A stretch of 64,000 nt of DNA, from positions 41,401-105,400 of the forward strand of contig JAUYRX010000024.1 of NCBI GenBank assembly GCA_030696635.1, in the 5' to 3' direction. The position numbers were made by a program, and so were the translations under genes. Under the pieces are notes generated by a model that saw only the letters and a list, made by a program, of their open reading frames with translations, made no database searches and was not told the DNA's origin. Source of the stretch: Candidatus Melainabacteria bacterium. GTDB taxonomy: Bacteria > Cyanobacteriota > Vampirovibrionia > Obscuribacterales > Obscuribacteraceae. Shown here one piece after another: positions 9,747 to 20,832 of this stretch. The stretch's first letter is position 1. Each line of letters opens with the position of its first letter.

Positions 9747-10143
9747 TTGCCGTTCCTCCAGAGTTTAGATTTATTCGCTCACATTTCTTTTATAGTCAAA
9801 TCAATCTACCCTGACGTTTGCCAGAGCGACGATCAAACTACTTACAGCAGAGCCGCACCACGCACAAAGCCGAGGGCTTTCAGCGGCGTGATATCGAATG
9901 CAGTGCTCACTTCTTAGACCAACCTAATTATTGAACTCTAATGTCCTCTTGTCAACGGTAGAAATTTTTAACCTTTTGGTAATCACCGGTGATACCACCA
10001 AACAAGCATGACATAAGAAGCGCAGAGCAGATAAATAGTCTATTGAAGCCACTTTTGTTCATCAGACGATAGCATCGCGACACAATTTTCTAAAAGCAAA
10101 AACGGGCCGCTTTTGACAGGCCAAAAGAGACAGTTCACAGTGC

Positions 10144-10177
10144 AAAAAAAAGTCTCTCCGAAAAACACTGGAGAGAC
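10144..10177 (-). terminator. Rho-independent terminator downstream of the PP2C gene
   Basis: GTCTCTCC (10152-10159) / GGAGAGAC (10170-10177). On the minus strand it is followed by T8 (10144-10151). Confidence 0.75.
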
Positions 10178-10196
10178 AATGAGAAACCTACAATTT

Positions 10197-11465
10197 TCAC
10201 TCAATCGGTCGGAAGATTATAAAACTCATGTCGTCAGCACCAGCTTCAGGCTGAGGCTTGTTGAGAATACCTTGACGAATTTGCTCAGGCTTAGGGCCAG
10301 TCTTCTCTAAAAATTGCTGAAATGCTTGCACCTTACCGTAGCCAAAGCGATCGAAAGCACCATCGCTGGCCAATACAACTGTATCGCCCTTCCTCAAGCG
10401 AATAACTTCATTGCCCTTAGGGAAACTTGCATACATATCAGTACCTAGGCCTAAACCGCCCACTTCAGCATCAAGCTGCTTAACTGCGCCATTGGCGCGA
10501 ACCACAAAAGCAAACTCAGAACTAGCAGTAGCTGTCTGCAATCTACCAGTGGCCGGATCATACTTAAGCAATGCTGCTGTAATCGAAAGATCGTCCTTGG
10601 TATTCAATCTTTGATCAATCATACCCAGTATGTCGCTGGCTGATTTATTTGGCGTTTCAGGGAGAACTTTGTCAATAGCGGCATGAACAGTAACAGCTTT
10701 CTTTGCAGCGTTCAAACCATGGCCCTCAACATCCATGGCAGCAATCAAAACCTCGCCATCACGAGTTTTCGCCACTCTAATCAAATCACCGCTGGCAGCG
10801 CCCTTAGTCGCGGGCTCAGTATGAGCGATAAGTTCAATCTTGCCTGCTGCTTGTTTCTGCAACGTCGCTGGGGCTTCCCAGCGATTTTGCAGACTACGCA
10901 GAGCCAAACCGCCGTCAGAATCAGCCCGACTTAAGGCCACCTTAACCAGTTGAGACGGAGGGGCGAAGTGAGCCGTAGCCAGAGAACCAAATTTCATGCC
11001 AACAGCACCCACCCCTGTATCAACCACAAAGGCACCTAGGCTGTTTTTTGTTATCTCTATATTGCGCTCTCTATTGGCGCCAGAATGCCATGTGTCTTTC
11101 AAGGCACCGCCAAACTGACTCCAGCGCTTGCCAGTCAATTCATCGTAGGCAAACTTAGTGGCCATGGCCGTGCCAACACCAGCAGCAACCAACTTTCCGG
11201 GGGCGCCTAAGCGGCTGATAGCACCAAAGGCCACGCCTGTTGCCAATGAAGTGGTCAATTCAGGTAACTTATCTAAGGGCTTCTTGACTGTATCTAGAAG
11301 CGCGCGACCGACACCCAAGCTAATCATTTCTGCTTCACGGTACAATTTCTGAGAAGTTTCGGGCAAGGCATTATCAGGTTGCTCTTGGCCTCTGGTTGAA
11401 TCATTAGATTGGCTATTGAACTGCGGCATGGTAGCACTCGCGGAATCTCTACAAACTATCTTCAA
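10197..11465 (-). CDS. PP2C/SpoIIE-type Ser/Thr phosphatase with an N-terminal Gly/Ala-rich module
   Basis: C-terminal half carries AAMDVEGHGLNAAK (DxxGHG), VLASDGAFDRFG and DDMSFIIF. The N-terminal ~170 aa are Gly/Ala-rich (SLATGVAFGAISRLGAPGKLVAAGVGTAMATKF; VVDTGVGAVGMKFGSLA). The start is uncertain, with an alternative ATG at 11429. Confidence 0.8.
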   Translation of the reverse strand: MKIVCRDSASATMPQFNSQSNDSTRGQEQPDNALPETSQKLYREAEMISLGVGRALLDTVKKPLDKLPELTTSLATGVAFGAISRLGAPGKLVAAGVGTAMATKFAYDELTGKRWSQFGGALKDTWHSGANRERNIEITKNSLGAFVVDTGVGAVGMKFGSLATAHFAPPSQLVKVALSRADSDGGLALRSLQNRWEAPATLQKQAAGKIELIAHTEPATKGAASGDLIRVAKTRDGEVLIAAMDVEGHGLNAAKKAVTVHAAIDKVLPETPNKSASDILGMIDQRLNTKDDLSITAALLKYDPATGRLQTATASSEFAFVVRANGAVKQLDAEVGGLGLGTDMYASFPKGNEVIRLRKGDTVVLASDGAFDRFGYGKVQAFQQFLEKTGPKPEQIRQGILNKPQPEAGADDMSFIIFRPIE

Positions 11466-11498
11466 TGATTCCTGAAAAGAATAAAACAGCCAAGTGAC

Positions 11499-11800
11499 CT
11501 CAGCTGCTTACTCTGCCACCCCCGTGGAACTTTGAATTTTGTTGACTCGATTCGAATTCAATTGCATTGAATTCAGATGCAACTCACCCTATGACAATAC
11601 ATTCGCTTTACCATTTTTGCAAGCACTATTTTCGCCACAGAACGGCCACAGTTCAGCCACAGCGCCGCCACAGCAAGTTTGAGCAACGACACTAGCAAAC
11701 TGACTAAAACCTCATGGCACCATATGAAACACCAGATAGAGAAAGTGACTAACAACGCAAACACGTATAAACCCCAGCGAGCTGCCACAGAATTGACACT
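11499..11800. repeat. Paralogous intergenic element, copy A (intact)
   Basis: Contains CTCAGCTGCTTACTCTGCCACCCCCGTGGAAC (11499-11530), ATTGCATT..ACTCACCCTATGACAATACATTCGC (11561-11606) and four CCACAG at 11635/11646/11657/11668. It aligns by eye with 47604-47642 plus 48876-49125. Confidence 0.6.
11635..11673. promoter_or_regulatory. Four CCACAG hexamers in exact 11-nt phase
   Basis: CCACAGaacggCCACAGttcagCCACAGcgccgCCACAG. The same phasing occurs in copy B at 48970-49008 (CCACAA, CCACAG, ACACAA, CCACAC). Confidence 0.5.
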
Positions 11801-11818
11801 GTTGCATCCTAAAGTGAT

Positions 11819-12172
11819 ATGGAGACAATATTCGAAGCATTAGAGACGGACAGTATTGAAATTCCAAAACTGACGAAAGAAGCAGAAGAGGGCAAAGGTT
11901 GCTTGATTCGAGAAAAGATTCGAGAAATGCCATTTGAAGAGAGCTTGCAGACTCTTAAAGCTATTCAAAAACAAAATGAAAACAATCGAGATCTCAACTC
12001 CTCTCTTCCAAGCCTCTCCATGGATATTGAAGCCTGGCGGGACACCAGTGTCTATGCGAAACTGAACCTAAAAGATCACTGGTGGTCACCGCCACAAACA
12101 ATTACAACTGACGGAATATCCGTCGAAACTACTTCAGCGCAACGCTCTCAAAGTTGTACTGACCGGCATTAG
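11819..12172 (+). CDS. Hypothetical 117-aa protein
   Basis: ORF with protein-like, acidic and polar composition. No SD and no recognised motif. Confidence 0.4.
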   Translation: METIFEALETDSIEIPKLTKEAEEGKGCLIREKIREMPFEESLQTLKAIQKQNENNRDLNSSLPSLSMDIEAWRDTSVYAKLNLKDHWWSPPQTITTDGISVETTSAQRSQSCTDRH

Positions 12173-12188
12173 AGCGCCAATTAGTTGA

Positions 12189-14300
12189 TCAGTATTTACT
12201 GACCTTTGCATGGACGCACTTGAGATTGGGCAAGCGGGCAAGAACTTTCAGGTCTTCCTCGTTCACACTCAGACCAGCGATCTCAAGCTGTTCCAGATTC
12301 TTATAGGTAGCAATCAAGCGACAATCTTCAGCAGAAAGAGATTGTCCATGAGAATTGCTGATCATCAAATTACGCATCTCAGCCGAGCCTGCCAGGGCCT
12401 TTAATAGCAGCGACAGCTGCGTACCATCAGAATAGTCCAGAGCCCGCAGTCGCTTAAGGCATTTGAGCTGAGCTAAGCCTTGGCCTGAAATGCGGGTGTG
12501 ACCAACCGACAGTTCAGTTAAACCGGCGAGTTGATCGATAGCGGCAATCTGTCTATCTGTGGCATTGCTGCAATAGCTCAGATCGAGCTTGCGCAAGCCC
12601 GATAGGTGCTTCATACAAAATAGAGCTTTGGCAATATCACTATCATAACTTTCTGGCAAAGAAAATTCGCTGCTTGAATCTCTCTTGGCCGGCTCAGGCA
12701 TTGCTTGTTGAAACAACCAGACGCCATACAAGTCGTTCGGCCGAAAGCGCTTGAAATAATCTAAACGAGCCATTAGTTGCGGCGAAGCATCAAGATGAAG
12801 TGGAGCGTCCACAGGAAATATCACAGTGCCTTGAGCACCATAACGCTTGCCCGAGGCACCACAAAAATGTATCCGCCCAAGAAAATCATCAGCCGGAAAG
12901 TCAAACCTTTTGACTTCCTTACCATCACTATCTTTGACAAGGCGGCTAAACGCTTGGGTTTCAATGTTACTACTGGGCGCAGCCTTAAGGTCGGCTCTAA
13001 TGGCGCTAGAAAGCTTAGGAACAAAGGCCATACTACTTTCTAACCCAGCCGCGTCCTGATTTGCCACAACATGCTCTGTAGGCGGCTCTGCTACATCCTT
13101 TATCGTGGCACTGTTTGGCCGAACTTGTATCAGCATCACTGTTAAAGAAATGAAGAGCAACAGCGAAAGCACTGAGGTTGCTCCAACACCTCGCAACAGC
13201 TTATTCGGCCGTTTTAGTTTGTCTTCTGGCTCAATCTCTAACCTTTGGGTCGTGAACAGAGCAGCTCTTTCTAATTCTCGACCAGCCTCAATAGCGCGCA
13301 AATCGTGGGCCACTTTCTCAAGGCTTTGATAGCGATCCATCGGAGCTTTAGCCAATAAACTTGCCACAACATGTTCTATTGAGTGCGGAAAGCTTTTACC
13401 CGAAGCAGTACTTAAAGTTGGCGGCTCCTGCGACTGGTGCAAAATCATAGTTCTAACCGGGTTGGCTCCCTTAAAAGGTGGATGACCAACCAGTGTTTCA
13501 AATAATGTGCAGCCCAACGAATAAATATCAGAACGGGCATCAATGCGCCCACCGATACACTGTTCAGGGCTCATATAGTATGGGCTGCCAAAGACCTCTC
13601 CAATCGAAGTCAGATGCTGAATATTGGGATCGCAAACACCAGACAATTTGGCAATACCAAAATCAACAATTTTGACAGTTGCTCCAGCACTATCTGGCTG
13701 CCTTAGCAGAATAATATTGCCCGGCTTAATGTCACGGTGAATAATCCCTTTCTTGTGAGCATAGGCAAGACCTGAGCAAACTTCAATAAACAGAGGCAGT
13801 GCTTGAGCTAAAGACAGTGTATGCTCTCGCTTCAAACGGTCTGCCAACGCCTCTCCGTCCAATAGGTCCATAACATAGTAAGGCAATCGATCTTCATGCA
13901 GTCCCAAATTATGAATACCAACAATATTAGGGTGATTGATCCTAGCAATCGCCTGAGCTTCTACTTGCAACCTACGCCAGGCAATTTCTGTCACCTGCTG
14001 AGAGTTAAGCGTTTTCATAGCAAAGAGCTTCTGCAAAATACGGTGGCGCACACGGTAGACATATCCCATTCCGCCCACACCTAGTAGCGAAATAATCTCA
14101 TAGTTCTCACCAACCAAATCTAGCGGCCTTAGTTTACCGTCCATCAGCTGTGGTGGTGGCGCTGTGCTACTACTATCAGTGAGTTCAAAAGCATAGCCGC
14201 TAGTCAGCCTCGTGCTCTCCTGCCCATCGGTCACTTGCCCGCCTTCGAAGTAATAACTTTCCAGAGACTGAGAACTCTGAGATTGATCGTTTTGGTTCAC
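12189..14300 (-). CDS. Hanks-type Ser/Thr protein kinase, single TM, extracytoplasmic leucine-rich-repeat domain
   Basis: GVGGMGYVYRVRH, AMK, HRDIKPGNIIL, DFGIAK, SPEQ. TM segment SVLSLLLFISLTVMLI. C-terminal LRRs: LSGLRKLDLSYC, LAGLTELSVGHTRISGQGLAQL, LKRLRALDYS, LEQLEIAGLSV. The ORF begins with GTG at 14300, so the start is uncertain. Confidence 0.85.
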   Translation of the reverse strand: MNQNDQSQSSQSLESYYFEGGQVTDGQESTRLTSGYAFELTDSSSTAPPPQLMDGKLRPLDLVGENYEIISLLGVGGMGYVYRVRHRILQKLFAMKTLNSQQVTEIAWRRLQVEAQAIARINHPNIVGIHNLGLHEDRLPYYVMDLLDGEALADRLKREHTLSLAQALPLFIEVCSGLAYAHKKGIIHRDIKPGNIILLRQPDSAGATVKIVDFGIAKLSGVCDPNIQHLTSIGEVFGSPYYMSPEQCIGGRIDARSDIYSLGCTLFETLVGHPPFKGANPVRTMILHQSQEPPTLSTASGKSFPHSIEHVVASLLAKAPMDRYQSLEKVAHDLRAIEAGRELERAALFTTQRLEIEPEDKLKRPNKLLRGVGATSVLSLLLFISLTVMLIQVRPNSATIKDVAEPPTEHVVANQDAAGLESSMAFVPKLSSAIRADLKAAPSSNIETQAFSRLVKDSDGKEVKRFDFPADDFLGRIHFCGASGKRYGAQGTVIFPVDAPLHLDASPQLMARLDYFKRFRPNDLYGVWLFQQAMPEPAKRDSSSEFSLPESYDSDIAKALFCMKHLSGLRKLDLSYCSNATDRQIAAIDQLAGLTELSVGHTRISGQGLAQLKCLKRLRALDYSDGTQLSLLLKALAGSAEMRNLMISNSHGQSLSAEDCRLIATYKNLEQLEIAGLSVNEEDLKVLARLPNLKCVHAKVSKY

Positions 14301-14553
14301 TGTTTTGCTGCCAAAGGGAAAGTTTTCCGAATGCTGTATCAGCTGAACTAAAAACCCTTAACAGCAATCTTTTCAATTCGCAGTCTAGAGCACAAATCAC
14401 TATTGCTATAAAAAGAAAATGCACAGTGATACTGTCAGTAACAATAGCCATAAGTGTCTCACCGCAACCACCTACAAGCGTATTGAAAGCGAGGTATGTT
14501 GATGCTGCTTGTCAAATTGGGCTAGCAAACCAAATTATGCAAAGGTGCAATCA

Positions 14554-17500
14554 CTAGCGCTGCTGCTCATAGACACACTTATATGTATCAAAGTTGTCCC
14601 GCACCAAGCGATATAGCTCTAAGCACTCAATCCATTTAGGCTCTTCATTAGTCAAACTATAGTTTAGCTTTTCGCACAAAGCAGCTAAATCATGTGCATA
14701 GAGTGAAGCAGACATACCTTTAAGTTCATGCGCTATGGCCTTAAGTGCGATACGGTTGCGAGCGTCGGCCATCTCACCAGCGCGCGCAATCAATAGTAAA
14801 CCTGAAGCAATGAACTTTTCAAAAAGCTCTGCTGCTGCCTCTTCACCAAGAAGCTCGCTTAAAACTTTTCGGCCAATATTATATTGCTCGATAGCTCGAA
14901 CATAACTGTCATTCCGAGAATTCACAGACTGGCTGGTGGCACGGCCAATAGCGTTCGAAATAGATACCGTTTGAGAAGAATTTGCGACTGACTCTACCGG
15001 AATTTGTTCGTCAAAGCGCGCAGCTGCAGATTGATCAGTTGAAAGAGATTGAGGCAACCAATGAGCAAGCATCGTTCTTAGAACATCTACGGTTACTGGT
15101 TTACTGATAAAAGCATCCATGCCGCAAGCCAAACACTGTTCCTGATCTTGTGACATAGCTTGAGCAGTCATAGCCACGATAGGCACACGCTTACCCTGAG
15201 CGCGACTGGCCTCGCCCTTGCGAATTTCAATGGTGGTCTCGAAACCATCCATTACGGGCATCTGACAGTCCATCAAGATCAATCCATACTCGTTCTGGTC
15301 TAGGGCTCTCAGTGCAGCAACGCCATTGCTCACGGCCTGACCCTCATAGCCAAGAGCATTGAGCTGCAAGAGGGCGAGCCTCTGATTGACAAGATTATCC
15401 TCAACAACTAGAACCGTCCTAGCCTCAACCCTATTAAGATTGGTAGCCAAAGCTCCTGCGCCCCAAATAGTGCTACTATTTTTCTGCCGAGAAACAGCAG
15501 TGGCCTGCGAGCGCTGCAAGATAGCCTTAAACCAAAAAGTTGAGCCTTTGCCTTCTTCACTTTCAACTCCGATGGTACCACCCATTAACTCAGCCAGGCG
15601 CTTACAAATAGAAAGACCTAGACCAGTGCCACCGTACTTGCGGGTGAAAGAGCCATCAGCTTGAGTAAAGGGCTGAAAGAGTTGCTTGAGAGTGGCCTGA
15701 TTCATACCAATACCGGTATCGGCCACACTAAAATGCAATGTAATTGAATTGTCTGACAGATTACTCCCCGAACTTAGAGCAGCAACCCGTAAGATTATTT
15801 GTCCTTTTTCGGTGAACTTTATGGCATTGCTCAACAAGTTCAACAGAACTTGCCGCAAGCGATCAGGATCTCCAAGCAATTTGGTGGGAATAGCAGGATC
15901 AATTGTTGTCTGCAATGCTATTTGTTTTTGCCCGGCTTTCTCAGACAAAAGATTAATGCAGTCATCAAACACTGTGCGCAGATCAAAGTCGATCATATTA
16001 AGATCAAGCTTACCTGCCTCGATTTTAGAATAATCAAGTATGTCGTCAATCAAGCCAAGCAAAATCTCACCTGAGCCACGGACGACTTTGACCATATCTC
16101 TCTGTTCAGCATCTAGACTCGTACAATTGAGTAAATCACTCATACCAATTACTGCATTCATCGGAGTGCGAATCTCATGGCTGACATTAGCGACAAACTC
16201 ACTTTTAGCTCGGCTAGCAGCCTCCGCCGCCTCTTTAGCACGGGCTAACTCAATATTGGTCTGCTCTAACGTGCTATTGGTTATGGCCAATTCAGCAGTG
16301 CGCTCTTGCACTCGTTGCTCTAATTCTAGGTTGAGTTTCTGAATGCCGGCAAAAAGTAGACCGTTCTCTAAGGAAGTTACAATCTGAGTAGAGAGCAGCT
16401 GCATTAAGTCTATGCGATCACTTGTAAACAAATGCGGTGCCAGGTTATTCTCCAAATAGAGAATACCAACCAACTTACCTTGTTTAACAATGGGCAAGCA
16501 CAAAACCGAGCGACTACCATTCTCAATCAAATAGGGGTCGCTGCCAAACACTCCCTCTCTTGATGCGTCTTGCAAAACAACTGTTTGCTGCGTGCGACGC
16601 ACATAATTAACCACCGAAACAGGCAGCTCGTGATAATCACTAAGCGCCACCTCATCAATAACAACACTAACAATGCGCTGCCTCTCTGGCTTAGTGCGGT
16701 AAGCTGTGTCAGTGACAAACCCATGAGCTCGCACTACTAACTTGTCTCCGTCTGCAAGCAGAAGAACACCACTTTGAGCACCAGCAGCTTCAACCACAAC
16801 TCGCATCAGGGTCTTGAGTAGGTTATCTAAGACAACTTCTTTAGAGATAGCCTGGGCGGCTTTTAGTACTGTAATCAAATCGAGAGAAGGGCTAGAACTA
16901 GGAAGTTTATCAAGCTGAACAAGCTGAGGATAAAGACCTCTCATTTGTGCTAGCTTACCCTCAGCCCCCCAGCTAGCATAAGCTGTATATGCTTTAGCCA
17001 AGTGAGCATCAGCACTGGTACTAAGACCAAGACCTCGATAGAAACGAGCAGCCAGCTCATTTGCTATGGCTTCATTCTGCACATAACCATTGTCTCGGGC
17101 ACCATTGATTGCTAGCTCATAAAGTCTTTGAGCCGCCATCTCATCACCCTGCAAACGGGCAAGCTCAGCTGCTACTAAACTGTGCTTGTGGCTGAAATTA
17201 ACTGGACAAGCTTGAGCCCATTGCCATAGCTTTTGCTCGTGTTCAACAATGATCTCGATAAAATCAGCTTTCGCGCTAGCGGAGACATCGGCATAGTGAG
17301 CAGCTAGGGCGAGAGGATAGTAGTACCAATACTCGGGTTCTTGAATATGGCCCAATGATGACCACAATAGCGGTTTAGCCTTCAGTGCCGCAGCAACAGC
17401 CAGATCATAGTCAGCAGATAAAAAGCGGGCCTGTAATTTCATAATGTAATACCAGCAGGTTACTACTGGCTGGGTATAAGAATCCATGAATGACTCATAA

Positions 17501-20500
17501 GCGTCCTCCTTAAAGGCTGACTCTGACTCTCTCTTAATGTCGTCAAAAGTAGAAAAGTTCTCTGTCAATCCCTGCATGTTTTGAATGAGCTGCTGTATTC
17601 CAAGTATTACTTCAGCTGGAGCTTCAAATTTGACACTGCGACAGTAGGCCATGTACTTCTTAGACTGTTCGTAGACTTGAGCAAGGGGCATGCCTAAAAT
17701 TAGCTGATCAACAACAATATGATTGCAGCAATAGCCGGCAAAAGTTATATCGCCACTTTTAGAACATGTCTCAAAGCAAGAATAGAGATAGTCTAAATCG
17801 GTCCTAAGGTGGTTGACCCAATAATTTATGGTATCACCAACAATAAACTGAATACGTGCCTTGTAAGCATCGAGGCTGCGTTTCTCAACTAGATTACTAG
17901 CTAGCTGACCGAAGCGATAAGCTTGATCATATTTACCAAAAACTGGCCCTAGACCCATACCCAAGAAGCCATAGCCCATGGCTGAAGCATCACAGTTACC
18001 ATATTGCAAACTTAGAGTCACCATGTGACAAGCACAAAGAAGAAATAGGTTTTGGTCTGAACACAGAGCAGCAGCAAACAATGCTTGCAATATATCTAGA
18101 GCAGAGCGAATTTCTTCATCAGTCATCAATGGCAAGTCAAGTAAATCTTCAATCTCGCGGCCATCCATTAACCGCCACAAGTGCTCATACTGTTCTAAGA
18201 CTTGAGTACGTGAAGGGTGAGCAACCATCTCAATGCCAAATAAACTAAGACCATCAATACCACAAGAAACGGCTCGCACTAAATTAGTTTTGCCAGTATA
18301 GAGTTCAACACCCATGCGGAAAATTTTTGCTTTTTCTAGCTTGGTTTTACTATGTGTGAGTAAATCAGTAAACTGTTGCACTGACTGGTCAAAATTACTG
18401 CACATCCAGTTACACTCAGCTCGTTCAAAATGCAAATCGAAAGAAAGCTGGTAATCACTGTGCCAAGATTCTTGATTAAGTAAGGCGATACCTTCTTCGA
18501 GAAACTGAATGGCCGAATTATAGGCTGTGTTTGCTTTGGCTTTTGTACCAGCCATAAGATTCAGGGCAGACAGGCGCAGCTTCTCGCTGTGCTCAACAAT
18601 TAGGTCTTTGCCTAAATTGAGATGATCGACAATATCAAAAACTCTTGCCTCAACAACGGAATCAGGCCAATTGAGCAAAAGCAGTCGGCCGATACGCAAG
18701 TGCTCCAAACTTCGTTGCGCTTCCGCAATGAGCGAATAGGCAGCCTGCTGTACACGGTCATGGAGAAATTTATAACTTCCGGTCTGACACAATACTAGCC
18801 CCTGCTCAATCGAGGGCTTGAGGGCCACCAGTAGATCTTGCTCAGAACACTGACACAAAATAGCTAAGGTCTCTAGTTCACCATTGTTACCCAAACAAGC
18901 AGCAATTTTTAGTATGTCTCTTGTTTCAAGTGGCAGCCTTAGTAATTTAGCTAAGAGTAAATCGACAATATTGTCCGCATACTCTTGGGCTTCAACCCGG
19001 TCCAAATCCCACTTCCAAACATGACTAGTTTGACTAAACTGCAATAGTTTCTCGAGATAAAGCATCTTCAAAAACTGAATAATGAAAAATGGGTTGCCTT
19101 GAGTTTTTTCATACACTAAGTTTGATAGAGAAGCTGCTTCTTCTTCAGTGCACTGCAAAGAATCAGCAACAAAAGCCCTAGTAATCGCAACAGAGAGAGA
19201 CTGCAGCATAATCTTCTCTACAGTGATGTCGGCGGACTGCAACTCATTGACGACCTCAGTCAATAAGTGGTCTGAGCCTACTTCATTTTCTCTAAAGGCA
19301 CCAATTATCAACAAATAAGTATTCTCGCCTTCGGCAATGAGATTCTTTATTAAACGCAAACTGGCAGCATCAGCCCACTGAAGATCGTCAAGAAAAAGTA
19401 CCAAGGGATGCTCAGACCTAGCAAAAACACCAACAAATTTGCGAAAAGTCAGGTCAAAACGTAGCTGCTCATCGGCCGCTGGCAAAATCGCCACAGGGGG
19501 CTGTGGCCCAATCAGTAAAGCTAGCTCAGGAATGACATTAACAATGACAGCGCCATTGGCACCTAATGCACTCTCAAGCTCTTGCTTCCAGAACTGCACA
19601 ACGTCTTCTGGCTTGGTCAAAAGGAAAAGAATAAACTCTTTGAAAGCTTGGGTGGTGGTTGAGAAAGGAACATTGGCACGAAACTGATCGAACTTACCAG
19701 TAAGGAAAAACCCTTGTTCTTGAATTAATGGTTTATATAGCTCGCGCACCAAAGTCGACTTACCAATACCAGAGTAACCAGAAACAAGCAAAAGCTCAGC
19801 CGCTCCTTGCTCACTAACGCGATTAAAAGCCGCTACTAGTGCCTTAACTTCATGCTCACGACCATAAAGCCGAGTAGGTATAATTAGACCGTGAGGACTA
19901 TCGTCTAAACCCAATTCAAAGCTGCCGATGGGAGCAGTTAATTCATAGCCCTGGCGCAAACGCAAAAGATCTTGAGCTAAACCATAAGCACTCTGATAAC
20001 GATCTTCTGGCTTCTTTGTTAAGAGCTTCAATACTACAGCCGAAAGCAAATCAGGCACGGCCTTATTTAGTTGATGAGGGGGCAGTGGAGAACAAGATAA
20101 ATGAGCATGCACTAGCTCTAAAGGGTCATCAAAGACAAAAGGCGGCTGACCAGTGAGCATCTCGTAAAAGATGGCACCAAGAGAATAGAGATCGCTCAAA
20201 TGTTCAACTGGTTGCTGCATGCGCCCAGTCTGCTCCGGTGAGTGATAAGCCATTCCCTCCAAGGACGGAGCGGCAACAGAGTCAGCCTGATTTGGGTTTA
20301 TATTTGAATCTGTTTTTAGGCTTGAATTTGGGCCGGAGACAATCGCCGCACCAAAATCAACAATGGTGACAGCCGTTGGTCGACTAGTGTGATTGAGAAC
20401 AATGTTGGCAGGACAAAGGTCTAGGTGAATCAAACCAGACTTATGAATAGATTCAACACTCTCAGCTAAAGCAATTGCCAATTCAAAGAAGAGTGAAAGT

Positions 20501-20832
20501 TCAAGCGTTCCTTGTTTAAGAAACTGTTCTAGATTGACAGGGCCAGCATCCTCTGCAATCAAAGCGAGCTTATTGCCAACTCGGTCAAGGGCAAGCATAT
20601 GAATTGAACCGTTCAAATTAAGTGATTTCAGTAGTTCGAATTCGCGCTCTAAAGCAGCAATACCTGAAGCAACAGGGTTAGAGTCGAGTAGAGCCTTGAC
20701 CACTACTTTCTTATTGTCAAGCTTTCGCCAACCGCGAAAGACCTCGTGGCGAGCCCCTCGATAAATTATCTGTAGATCTAGATAGCCATTTTGCCGGGGA
20801 GCATCATTGGATAGAGCCAAATTCATGAGCAT
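14554..20832 (-). CDS. Multidomain signalling protein: kinase-like domain, AAA/STAND ATPase, helical repeats, GAF, HisKA-HATPase, REC and Hpt (HstK-like multi-kinase)
   Basis: Kinase-like: [19 protein letters not shown] (Asp codon 20419-20421), VDFGAA, SPEQ. Walker [10 protein letters not shown] and Walker [16 protein letters not shown]: [21 protein letters not shown]-box SHEIRTPMN (His codon 16177-16179). [27 protein letters not shown]: [19 protein letters not shown] (Asp 15268-15270)..KPV. Hpt: [11 protein letters not shown] (His 14728-14730). Start set to ATG 20832 (MLMNLALS); the ORF is open upstream to 21006. Confidence 0.9.
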   Translation of the reverse strand: MLMNLALSNDAPRQNGYLDLQIIYRGARHEVFRGWRKLDNKKVVVKALLDSNPVASGIAALEREFELLKSLNLNGSIHMLALDRVGNKLALIAEDAGPVNLEQFLKQGTLELSLFFELAIALAESVESIHKSGLIHLDLCPANIVLNHTSRPTAVTIVDFGAAIVSGPNSSLKTDSNINPNQADSVAAPSLEGMAYHSPEQTGRMQQPVEHLSDLYSLGAIFYEMLTGQPPFVFDDPLELVHAHLSCSPLPPHQLNKAVPDLLSAVVLKLLTKKPEDRYQSAYGLAQDLLRLRQGYELTAPIGSFELGLDDSPHGLIIPTRLYGREHEVKALVAAFNRVSEQGAAELLLVSGYSGIGKSTLVRELYKPLIQEQGFFLTGKFDQFRANVPFSTTTQAFKEFILFLLTKPEDVVQFWKQELESALGANGAVIVNVIPELALLIGPQPPVAILPAADEQLRFDLTFRKFVGVFARSEHPLVLFLDDLQWADAASLRLIKNLIAEGENTYLLIIGAFRENEVGSDHLLTEVVNELQSADITVEKIMLQSLSVAITRAFVADSLQCTEEEAASLSNLVYEKTQGNPFFIIQFLKMLYLEKLLQFSQTSHVWKWDLDRVEAQEYADNIVDLLLAKLLRLPLETRDILKIAACLGNNGELETLAILCQCSEQDLLVALKPSIEQGLVLCQTGSYKFLHDRVQQAAYSLIAEAQRSLEHLRIGRLLLLNWPDSVVEARVFDIVDHLNLGKDLIVEHSEKLRLSALNLMAGTKAKANTAYNSAIQFLEEGIALLNQESWHSDYQLSFDLHFERAECNWMCSNFDQSVQQFTDLLTHSKTKLEKAKIFRMGVELYTGKTNLVRAVSCGIDGLSLFGIEMVAHPSRTQVLEQYEHLWRLMDGREIEDLLDLPLMTDEEIRSALDILQALFAAALCSDQNLFLLCACHMVTLSLQYGNCDASAMGYGFLGMGLGPVFGKYDQAYRFGQLASNLVEKRSLDAYKARIQFIVGDTINYWVNHLRTDLDYLYSCFETCSKSGDITFAGYCCNHIVVDQLILGMPLAQVYEQSKKYMAYCRSVKFEAPAEVILGIQQLIQNMQGLTENFSTFDDIKRESESAFKEDAYESFMDSYTQPVVTCWYYIMKLQARFLSADYDLAVAAALKAKPLLWSSLGHIQEPEYWYYYPLALAAHYADVSASAKADFIEIIVEHEQKLWQWAQACPVNFSHKHSLVAAELARLQGDEMAAQRLYELAINGARDNGYVQNEAIANELAARFYRGLGLSTSADAHLAKAYTAYASWGAEGKLAQMRGLYPQLVQLDKLPSSSPSLDLITVLKAAQAISKEVVLDNLLKTLMRVVVEAAGAQSGVLLLADGDKLVVRAHGFVTDTAYRTKPERQRIVSVVIDEVALSDYHELPVSVVNYVRRTQQTVVLQDASREGVFGSDPYLIENGSRSVLCLPIVKQGKLVGILYLENNLAPHLFTSDRIDLMQLLSTQIVTSLENGLLFAGIQKLNLELEQRVQERTAELAITNSTLEQTNIELARAKEAAEAASRAKSEFVANVSHEIRTPMNAVIGMSDLLNCTSLDAEQRDMVKVVRGSGEILLGLIDDILDYSKIEAGKLDLNMIDFDLRTVFDDCINLLSEKAGQKQIALQTTIDPAIPTKLLGDPDRLRQVLLNLLSNAIKFTEKGQIILRVAALSSGSNLSDNSITLHFSVADTGIGMNQATLKQLFQPFTQADGSFTRKYGGTGLGLSICKRLAELMGGTIGVESEEGKGSTFWFKAILQRSQATAVSRQKNSSTIWGAGALATNLNRVEARTVLVVEDNLVNQRLALLQLNALGYEGQAVSNGVAALRALDQNEYGLILMDCQMPVMDGFETTIEIRKGEASRAQGKRVPIVAMTAQAMSQDQEQCLACGMDAFISKPVTVDVLRTMLAHWLPQSLSTDQSAAARFDEQIPVESVANSSQTVSISNAIGRATSQSVNSRNDSYVRAIEQYNIGRKVLSELLGEEAAAELFEKFIASGLLLIARAGEMADARNRIALKAIAHELKGMSASLYAHDLAALCEKLNYSLTNEEPKWIECLELYRLVRDNFDTYKCVYEQQR

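Noticed and set aside
11573-11788. 71-aa ORF (and its counterpart 48857-49162) inside the paralogous intergenic element
   Set aside because: I did not call these as CDS. The composition is un-protein-like, and the 11-nt repeat period cannot be a codon repeat. The in-frame similarity between the two copies is noted as an open alternative in the findings.
15386-19687. Several 60-100-aa plus-strand ORFs, and 16527-16724 on the minus strand, inside the giant signalling gene
   Set aside because: They are antisense to, or out of frame with, a 6.3-kb ORF full of canonical domain motifs. Their Ser/Arg/Leu-rich composition is typical of shadow ORFs.
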